A program made the translations under genes and the position numbers. Below are positions 54,469 to 64,000 of a DNA stretch of 64,000 bases, one piece after another. Position 1 is the stretch's first letter. Every line of letters starts with the position of its first letter. Source of the stretch: Octopus sinensis (taxonomy: Eukaryota). Below the pieces are notes generated by a model. The model searched no databases. It saw only the letters and a program-made list of their open reading frames with translations, and was not told the DNA's origin. Location: positions 131,502,001 to 131,566,000 of the forward strand of contig NC_043000.1 of assembly GCF_006345805.1 (NCBI RefSeq), written 5' to 3'.

Positions 54469-56147
54469 TGCAGCCGGTTTGTCTGCTATCGGCACTGGTC
54501 TCTGGTTTGAGAATATCTCCCGTCACCACGACTAGTTTCAGAAGCCTTGAAAAGTGTTATGAGCACTGCTTTTACTCCTATGTGATTAAAATGGGAATAG
54601 TGTTGTATCCAGAATAGAGCAACTAAGACAAAATCATTGATTCACTAACTTGCGAAGTTAAAGCCATTACAAAACATGGACACCAGAAAAGACGATACAA
54701 GCAGATGGCGAAAACACGTTAAAACTGTAAAAGAAAAAAGAAATGATATTGAAAACACTTGTAAACGTGGGAAAAATACATAAACCCATAAAGTTTTAAG
54801 AGTAATCGGAATTCTAATTATGAATTCGCTTTGAAAATCTTCTGCAAAAATCAGACAAAAAGAAAAAAGAGAGAGGCGATATTTTTAACTTGCTTTACTG
54901 AACCTATTAGCAGTCTAGCGTAAAACAAACCTGCAGCGAAATCTTTCTCTCTATTCCTCTCGTTTAATACTCGTTGCTAATCACGTATCCATTGCCAACA
55001 AATTATGAAGAGTCATTTTGTTCATTGGATATTGGCATAGTTAACGATAATTGTCTAATCCTCATACAATCAACAATATCTATTCTTAGAGTTCCGTGTA
55101 GTTAGTTGGAAAGCGATTACAGGTAACGCGAGCCGTTTTATAAATACAGAGATACATGCATATTTTGTATATGTATATATATATACTTATAGACATATGC
55201 ATACATACATACATACATACATATATACATACATACGCATGTACATTTAATTACAAGTTCCAAATATACATAAAAATAGCTAACGCACAATATCTTCATA
55301 TTTTCTTGTATGTATGTATGTGTACTCACATATGTACATACATATGAGCATTTATCTTGTTGACGTCATATATATCTATCTTTGTGTGTGTTTGAGTGTG
55401 AGTGTGAGTGTGTGTGTGTGGGGGGGTGTACATTGCTTAGGGGATTATAAGAACAAACTGTATTCATTAAAAGATTCAGAAGAAAGAAGGCCCCCTAGAG
55501 AATGGTTGCTTAATTTATAAGAAATATTTTAAATACTCTCAACAAAACAACAAGAACAAGTAAACCGAACATTACCCGAGTGGCCTCTGGATACAGCATT
55601 TGAAACTTTAAAAAACAAGACTTAACAAAGTTGGATCAAGAATTCTCATAAAAAAACGTAAACCCAAAATTAGCAGAGTATAAACAGGGGACGTTAATAA
55701 AGTTATTTGTTCAAGAAATTAAGCCAGTCAGTGGCTTAAGAAATTAAGCCAAATTAGTGAATCTACAATAGCAACATAGCAACAACACAGTCAACTTTAA
55801 AGATGTATATCCAGTGAAATGTCATTCAACGGATCGTTATAACGCCACTCACAGATTCATTCTAGGATTTGGTTCTTAAGCATGCTGTCTTTCCTCCTGT
55901 CTTTTCTACCTCTACTACAATGGTTTCTTATTTTAGCACAAGTCTATTTTTGAGGGGTGAAGTAAGTCGATTGAATTTGACCCCAGAGCACAACTTAGTT
56001 AATGTAATCATTTTCGAAAGCTTTTGAATGTTAAACCGAAAAAATATGCTTCTAAGCAATTTGTCCAGCATATTAACGATTCTACCATTTCGCTACATTT
56101 ACCCCTACTACAATGGCCTCAGCTTCTGTGATCTTAATTGTTCAGTG

Positions 56148-57600
56148 CAGGGGTGCGCAACCCCTAGCACGCGTGCCAAACATGGCACGCCAATAACTTG
56201 TTTCTGGCACGCGAAACTCTCTCTCTAGTAACCCTCCATTTAACGACTTTCTCTCAATAGTATATAGCGACTTTTTATTGCTTAGATACATTTTATATTA
56301 TGAATTAGGCCTACCTTTATTTAATGATCTCCTCCCAGACCCAACCAATGTTTTGGTTTCAGCCTCCGAAACTGGTATTCGTTGACAAGACAACCACCTC
56401 ATCTACTTATTCAAAATTTCTCCCGATGTGCGCTACAGCAGTGACGTCATCATTATGCTGTATTCTTGCATTGCTGAATAAATGAAAGTTGGGGAATATA
56501 TTAAAGAAGCTTGGCTAGAGTGTGCACCTTTCCTTTTTAACAATTTTTCAGAAAAGGAAACGGTTATTCAGTGCTTTAAAGAATTGTCTGTGAGTAGGAA
56601 AACAGTTAAGGATAGAATACTTAAATTGGAGAAGAATACTTCTGAACAACTGACAAAAAGATTTGTCTTCATGTAAGTTTTTTTTTTCTTTTTTCTATTT
56701 GTATTGATGAAAGTATGGACATTACATCATCAGCTAAGTTAGCCATTTTTTCTCGATTTTGTAAAGGTGATGAAATATGTGAAAAGATGATTGCTCTTCT
56801 AACACTGTCTGAGGAGCTGAAATATGTAAAGCAGCTGTGAACGAATTCTTTTTTCGACAAATTGACATTTCAAAAGTAGTATCCGTCACAACAGATGGTG
56901 GCTCCAGCATGACTGGTGAGAAGGCAGGATTTATAAATCTGTTTGCAAAAGAAGTTGGTTATACACTGATAGGTTTTCATAGCACACATGGGGAGGTTTT
57001 ATGTGCAAAAGCTGGCCTTAAGGAACTTCATGAAGTGAAGCAAACTGTTATCAAAATTGTAGGTTGTTCATTACATTTCTGCTTGGGCTTTAAATAAGAG
57101 ATAATTTCAAGTTTTCATGAATGAGGTATAATCTGTGTATAAAGGATTGAACATGTACAACATTATTCTATGGCTTAGCCAAGGTTTGGTTCTGAAATGA
57201 TTTGTTGAATGCTTAAATGAGATAAAGTTCTTTTTGAATGACCAACATGTTTCTCATCAAGAATTGTCTGACATCATGTAGGTTTGTAAACTGGTGTTTT
57301 TTGAGGATTTTTTTGAACATTTGAATGACTTGAATGTTAAATTACAGGGCTCTGGGAAAACACTTGATGTTATGTTTGGTTACATAAAGGCTTTTGAAAT
57401 GAAAGTAGAAGCTTTTAAGAGGGATGTGGACAATGAGAGATTTAGATACTTCCCAAACTTAAAGAGGTACGTCAATGATCTCTCAAAAGATAACAGAACA
57501 GAGCGCCAATGTCTTCAAAAGCTGTTTGTAAACATTATCAAGTCAGCTGTTGAGCAGTTTTTATTTTACAAGGTTTGCTAAATTCAAAGAAGTGGAAGGT
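56148..57600 (+). mobile_element. hAT (Charlie/GTF2IRD2-like) transposon, decayed, 3'-truncated
   Basis: 5' TIR caggggtgcgcaac; SVSRKTVKDRI, ICIDES, SVTTDGGSSMTG, HLNDLNVKLQG; stops and frameshifts. Confidence 0.88.
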
Positions 57601-57619
57601 ATGGATTTCTCAATTATTT

Positions 57620-57831
57620 TTCATTTAACCACATGCGGTGTTTCGTTATCTTTCAAAATCCCTAGCCAACTTAGTAGCTTTACTTTTGTCCCTATGTTGG
57701 AAGGAAGCTATGTGATTGGCAGAGCGATTTTTAAATTCCCCTTCACATAATTCAATATAGGTCTTCTTATCAGTTGTACTATTATTTAGGGTTGCAGTAA
57801 CTTCTGCCTCATATATGATAGATTTAGTCAT
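57620..57831 (-). mobile_element. Penelope-like GIY-YIG endonuclease fragment
   Basis: TKSIIYEAEV…KKTYIELCEGEFKNRSANHIASFQHR…TKLA. Confidence 0.75.
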
Positions 57832-57879
57832 TCATTGTATGGTCAAGTGGACAGGAAACTGGATTGCGACGGTTGCAAC

Positions 57880-58030
57880 TGGATTCAGGCTCTTGTGTGG
57901 TAAGTAGCTCGTTTACCAACCATATGGTTCCGAGTTCAGTCCCACAGCGTAGAACCTTGGGCAAATGTCTTCTACTATAGTCACGGGCTGACCAAAGCCT
58001 TTTGAGTGGATTTGGTAGACGGAAGCCGAA
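57880..58030 (+). mobile_element. SINE family B, 5' half only
   Basis: Head to aagcccgtc, ending in (TG)n. Confidence 0.8.
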
Positions 58031-58048
58031 AGAAGCCCGTCATAGGCA

Positions 58049-58099
<51 letters not shown>

Positions 58100-58100
<1 letters not shown>

Positions 58101-58345
58101 GTCCGGTTTCCTTGGCTTTGCGACCCCAGGATTTATTCCAGGTTCCCCACCTGGACGGGACGCCGGTCCGTCGCAGGTGAGCTGCAAGATGCAGGAGGAA
58201 AGAGTGAGAGAAAGTTGTGGCGAAAGAGTCAGCAGAAGTTCGCCATTACATTCTGCCGGAGCCGTGTGGTGCTTAGATGTTTCGCTCGTAAACATACACA
58301 CATCGCCCGGTCTGAGATTCAAACTCTAACCACTAGGCCATGTGC
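58100..58345 (-). mobile_element. V-domain-like SINE, second and more diverged copy
   Basis: cctggacgggacgccggtccgtcgc and gagtgagagaaagttg shared with 7969-8261. Confidence 0.75.
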
Positions 58346-58510
58346 CCCCCCTATATATATATATATACATATGTATATACATATGTATATACATATATAT
58401 ATGTATATATGTATATGTATATATATCTATATACATATATATATTATATATATATACAGTAGGTATTATACATATATATATACATATATACATATATATT
58501 ACATATATAC

Positions 58511-58541
<31 letters not shown>

Positions 58542-58542
58542 C

Positions 58543-58587
<45 letters not shown>

Positions 58588-58595
58588 TATATATG

Positions 58596-58631
<36 letters not shown>

Positions 58632-58644
58632 CTTACTATATCAG

Positions 58645-58733
58645 GGTCTGCCTCGAGCTTACAGACATCTGGCCGAAGGTTAGACCAGCATGAGGTGTTT
58701 AAACGACTGAAAGCACAAGACTCAGCCTTCAAC
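58645..58733 (+). CDS. Candidate exon ([29 protein letters not shown]), protein not recognised
   Basis: Unique GC-richer island between two long SSR tracts; tactatatcag| acceptor and |gtgagg donor; open frame. Confidence 0.3.
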
Positions 58734-58779
58734 GTGAGGTCAGATGATTGCAATGTTACTTCTACGTCCTCGCTACTGC

Positions 58780-58794
58780 TGCCTTCACTATCTA

Positions 58795-58863
<69 letters not shown>

Positions 58864-58876
58864 ATCTATCTTTCTT

Positions 58877-58934
<58 letters not shown>

Positions 58935-58986
58935 CATCCATCTATCTATCTATCTATCTATCTATCATCTATATATATATCCATCC

Positions 58987-59058
<72 letters not shown>

Positions 59059-59323
59059 GTCTATCTATCTATCTGTCTCTCTCTCTCTCTCTCTCTCTGC
59101 CTGTTTCTCTGTCCATCTATCTATCTATTTATCTATCTATCTGTCTGTCTCTCTGTCTCTCGGTCTCTCTGTCCATCTATCTATCTACCTATCTGTCTGT
59201 CTGCCTGTCTGTCTCCCCCCTCCCCTCTCTCTCTCTCTCTCTCTGTATATGTGTATATATATATATGTACGTGTGTGTGTATGTGTGTGAGAGAGTGTAT
59301 GTGTTTGTGTGGGTGTCTGTGTT

Positions 59324-59356
<33 letters not shown>

Positions 59357-59400
59357 GTGGGCGTGCGTGTGTGTATCTGTGTGTGTATGTGTGCATATGT
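58780..59400. repeat. Compound (TATC)n/(TGTC)n/(CT)n/(TG)n/(GA)n microsatellite
   Basis: Directly visible. Confidence 0.95.
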
Positions 59401-59926
59401 ATGCAACGATCATCTGCATTATTTGTACCAATTTTCACTCAAGATTTTGGTCAACTCGTCCATCCGAGTACAAGGCAAAAGAAACTCACCCAAGGTACAA
59501 TACAGAAGGATCAAACCCTGAACCACCTGGTCGCAAGGTGAACTTCACGACTCACAGTCACACCTATATGCTTTTTTAATTTAAAATTGTAGAATGTGAT
59601 GTGAAAGAAAATTGCCTGCTATTTCTAGCATGTTGAACGACTACATAAAGACTGAGCCGATCTGTTTATGCACATGTACGTACCGATGGTGGAAGAGCAG
59701 CCATTGTTTGTGTGGGCAGATATATAGATTTGAACGAATGTGAATAATATCAAGAATTTTCACGCCTTCTTCTATAAATAAAATAGCATCTTCTCCATCA
59801 TCGATGACTTCGGTGTAGATAATGACGTCATCAAACTCACTAAGCGTCATCACTAGCTTCAGTAACGGTAGAAATGTCAGTGTCGGTTGCAGTAGCTACA
59901 TAAAACGATGACTGCGATGACGCTTG

Positions 59927-60241
59927 TTGTCATTGAGATGCATGATGATGATGATGATGATGATGATGAAGATGATGATGATGATGATGACGATGACGAT
60001 GATGAAAAAGAGGATAATGATAAGACGGATGAAAATAATGATGAGCATGATGATGATAATGATGATGATGATGAGGAGGAGGAGGGGGAAGAGGAAGATT
60101 TGGATTATGATGATGATGAAGTGAAGGGGCAGGAGGAACATGATGTGTAGTTGATGATAGTTATAACGAAGAGAAGGAGAAGGAGGACGACGAAGAGGAG
60201 AAGGAGAAGGAGGTAGAGAAGGAGGAGGACGATAATGAGGG

Positions 60242-60278
<37 letters not shown>

Positions 60279-60945
60279 GATGACAATGACGATGATGAAA
60301 AAGAGGATAATGATAAGACGGATGAAAATAATGATGAGCATGATAATGATAATGATGATGATGATGATGATGAGGAGGAGGAGGAGGAGGAGGAGGTGGA
60401 AGATTTGGATGATGATGAAGTGAAGGGGCAGGAGGAACATGATGTGTAGTTGATGATAGTTATAACGAAGAGAAGGAGGAGGAGGACGACAACGAAGAGG
60501 AGAAGGAGAAGGAGGCAGAGAAGGAGGAGGACGATAATGATGATGATGATGATGATGATGATGACAATGATGAAAAAGAGGATAATGATAAGACGGATGA
60601 AAATAATGATGAGCATGATGATGATAATGATGATGATGAGGAGGAGGAGGAGGAAGATTTTGGATGATGATGATGAAGTGAAGGGGCAGGAGGAACATGA
60701 TGTGTAGTTGATGATAGTTATAACGAAGAGAAGGAGGAGGAGGACGACGAAGAGGAGAAGGAGAAGGAGGCAGAGAAGGAGGAGGACGATAATGATGATG
60801 ATGATGATGATAATGATGACGATGATGATGATGATGATGATAATGATGAGAAAGAACAGAAGGAAGAGGAATAGAAGGAGGAGGAGGAGGAGGAGGAGGA
60901 TCATAACCACGACGATGACGACGACGACAACGACGACGACGAGAC

Positions 60946-60977
<32 letters not shown>

Positions 60978-60981
60978 TGAC

Positions 60982-61026
<45 letters not shown>

Positions 61027-61338
61027 GATGGCAATGATGATGATTATGAGGAAGAGGAGGTGGCAGAGGAAGAGGAGGTGGCAGAGGAAGAGGAGCAAGA
61101 GGAAGAAGATGGGGAGGAAGAAGAGGCGGAAGAAGATGAGGAGGAGGAGGAGGAGGAAGAAGAAGAGGAAGATGGGGAGGAGGAAGAGACGGAAGAAGAC
61201 GAGGAGGAGGAAGAAGACGAGGAGGAGGAAGAAGACGAGGAGGAAGAAGAGGAAGGAGAAGAGGAGGAGATAGAGTATAAGAATGGGCCGGAGGGGGATG
61301 CAGAAGGGCCGGAGCTACACACTAGGCAGGGCTTTTAG
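59927..61338 (+). repeat. GAT/GAG/GAC triplet mosaic with three roughly 260-300-bp higher-order copies
   Basis: gatgaaaaagaggataatgataagacgg at 60001, 60294 and 60569; gaagtgaaggggcaggaggaacatgatgtgtag at about 60118, 60418 and 60675. Confidence 0.9.
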
Positions 61339-61679
61339 CAATCACATAAAGCGCTAAAATCTGTGGGTGTCGCGCAAATTCTGAATGCTGAAACGTAATT
61401 TCTTAACCCAACTGAAATTCCCCAAATATCAACGGAACAGGGGAGAGAGGACAGGGTAAGGGTAAGGCAGGGAATCCGAGAAGGTCATCTAGTTTCCTCA
61501 TCCATAAAATAATTTGAAGTGAAGCATTTAAAATTTTTACTAAATAACAGATTTAATTGGTGATATGCATGTTAATAAAACTAGCTATCGTGCGCACAAG
61601 TTAATTATAATTGTTCCACTGTAGATTTCAGCTTATAAAGAGGTTGATAACCTGAAGGATTTGTTGTAAATATGCTTCA

Positions 61680-64000
61680 AAGTAGCACAAAATGTAGAGC
61701 TGATTGAAGAGAATAGATTGTAGGATTCAGAGAGCGCACATAGCCAGAATGTGATACAAGTTGCAGGGCTGGGAGTAGACACACATCGTCGGGCAAGGAT
61801 GAGACACACATTGCAGGGCTTGAACGAGGCACATGTTGTATGGCTGAGAGGAGTGACACACTATAAGGCTCGAATGAGACACAAATTGTTGGGCTGAGAG
61901 CAGACACACATTGTGGGACTGGGTGGAGACACACATTGTGGGGCTGGAAGGAGACACATATTGTAGGGCTTGGAGGAGACACACGTTATAGGACTGGAAG
62001 GAAACATATATTGTAAGGTTGAACAGAGATATATTATGTTAGGGCTGGAAGAAGACACAGATTATAGAGTTGTGGGGGAGACATATTGTAGGGCCGGAAT
62101 AAAACACAAGTTGAAGGGCTGGGAGGAGATACACGATATAGGGCTAGAAGGTGCAGCACATTGGATAGCTGGGAGGAGATAGCTATGGTAAAGATATGAG
62201 GAGACACCCATTATAAGAGTAGAAGGAGACACACATTAAAGGCTGTGAGAACACAGACATTGAAGGGCGAGGAGGAGAAACACATTGCACTGGGAGGGGA
62301 CACATACTGTAGGGCTGGAAGGAGACAGATTGTAAGCTGGGAGGAGATACATATTGTAAGGGTGGGAAGAAACACCCGTAATAGGGCTGGGAGGAGACAA
62401 ATATTGCAGGGAGGGCCGAGAGGAGACACACATTGTGGGGCTGGAAGAAGATACACATTGAAGGGCTGGGAGGAGACGCGCATTGTAGAGCTGGGAGGAG
62501 ATAGGTATTGTAGGGCTGGTAGGAGTTACAGATTGTAGAGCGGGATGGAGACCCACATTGTAGGGCCGATATGAGACACAAGTTGCATCTTGTAGAGCTG
62601 CGAGGAGATGCACATTGTAAGGCTGGGAGGAGACACACAATGTAACGGTAGAAGGAGACACACATTGCAAGGCTAGGATGTACCACGGATAGTAGAGTTG
62701 GGAGGAAACACACATTGTAGGCTTGGGAGGAGGCACACATTGTACGGCTGGGAGGAGACGCATATTGTAGGGCTGGAAAGAGACACATGATGCAAAGTTG
62801 AGAGGGGACACACATTGGGAGGAGACGCATATTGTAAGGCTGGGAGGAAACACGTATTGTAGGGTTGAAAGGAGTGACACATAGGGCGGGGAGGACACCC
62901 TCGTTGTAGGGCCGGAATGAGACAAAATCTGCAGGACTGAGTGTAGAGACACAGTGTAGGGTTGGGAGGAGACACACATTGTAGGGCTTGGAGGAGACCC
63001 ACAGTATAGAACTGGAAGGAGACACATATTATAAGGCTGAATGTATACACATATTGTAGGGCTGGAAGAAGATAGATTGTGGGGTTGGGGGGAGAGACAT
63101 ATTGTAAGGCTAGGCGGAAGCACACATGATAGGGCTGCGAGGAGACACATTTTAAGGTTGGAAGAAGACACATGTTGTAGTGCTGAGATAAAACACACAT
63201 AGGGCGGGGAGGAAACACACATTGTTGAGCTGGGTGAAGACGCACATTGTAGGGCGGGGAGGAGACTCATTGTTGAGTCTGAATGAGAGATAAGTTGCAG
63301 GGCTGGGATTAGGCGCACAATGTAGGGCTGGTAGGAGACACACACTGTAGAAGTGGAAGAAGACTCACATTATAAAGCTGTGAGGAGACATACAATGTAG
63401 GGCTCGGAGGAAGCACGCATTCTAGGGCTAGAAGGAGACATTCATTGTAGTGCTGGAAGGAGTGACATACTGTAGGGCTGGGAGTAGTCATACATTGTAC
63501 GGCTGGAAGGAGACCCACAGTATAGAACTGGAAGGATACATATATTGTAGAGTTGCAAATAGACAGTTTGTATGGCAAGGAGGAGACACACATTGTATGG
63601 TTGGAAGAAGACACATTTTTGCAAGGTTGAGAGAAGATGCACATTGGGCTGAGAGGAAACACATCTTGTTGGGCTGGGAGGAGACGCGCATTGTAGGGCT
63701 GGGTGGAGATACGTATTGTTGGGATGGAAGAAGATACACATTGTAGGACGGGGAGGAAATCCACATTGTTGGGCCAGAATGAAACACAAGTTGCAGAGCT
63801 GGAAGTAGGCTCATATTGTAGGGCTGGGATGAGATACACATTGTAGAAGCTGAATGAGACATACATTGTTGGGAGACGCACACTATAGGGCTGGGAAATG
63901 TCACACATTGTAGGAGTGGAAGAAGACGCACATTATAAGGCTGTGATGAGACACACATTGTAGGGTTGGGAGAAGACGCACATTGTAGGGCTCGGAGGAG
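61680..64000. repeat. Degenerate 25-bp minisatellite (consensus about GAGACACACATTGTAGGGCTGGGAG), running off the window
   Basis: Successive ttgt anchors are 25 bp apart from 61911 on; explains the Cys/Pro-rich ORFs in all frames. Confidence 0.92.

Noticed and set aside
59641-59853. 70-aa minus-strand ORF, and a DLNECE (cbEGF-like) motif on the + strand
   Set aside because: No splice signals or further cysteines in frame, and a stop immediately follows DLNECE; likely chance.
61677-63958. Long Cys/Pro/Gln-rich ORFs (up to 369 aa) suggesting a keratin-associated or metallothionein-like protein
   Set aside because: They occur in all frames on the C/T-rich strand of a 25-bp minisatellite. The unit is not a multiple of 3 and stops are simply rare.
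61680-64000. CRISPR-like array
   Set aside because: Contiguous degenerate tandem units with no constant repeat and unique spacer alternation; eukaryotic context; no cas genes.

Overview
AT-rich, microsatellite-saturated animal (eukaryotic) genomic DNA. The repeat families strongly suggest Octopus (inference from recalled cephalopod SINE/LINE content). It looks intronic or intergenic: no intact cellular gene can be read, and almost every ORF in the supplied track is a translation of simple repeats. What is really present: (i) dozens of tRNA-derived SINE copies from at least five families (labelled A, B, C, D and V-like here); (ii) six fragments of R4/Dong-type RLE LINEs, three of them lined up head-to-tail in one (AAT)n array together with a 557-bp non-coding element; (iii) a CR1-type LINE end, Penelope-like element (PLE) RT and GIY-YIG remnants, a decayed full-length mariner, a mariner 5' fragment and a hAT transposase relic; (iv) six recognisable minimal type I hammerhead ribozyme (HHR) loci with palindromic helix III, plus decayed ones; (v) five long fold-back palindromes, several tied to the hammerheads; (vi) an Asp/Glu-triplet higher-order repeat and a 25-bp minisatellite at the right end; (vii) a few weak candidate exons on the + strand. 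The two most interesting signals are the hammerhead/palindrome set and the AAATACC(T) motif, which marks both the target-site duplications and the concatemer junctions of SINE family A. All alignments and folds were done by eye, so SINE/LINE boundaries are approximate (about 10-30 bp).
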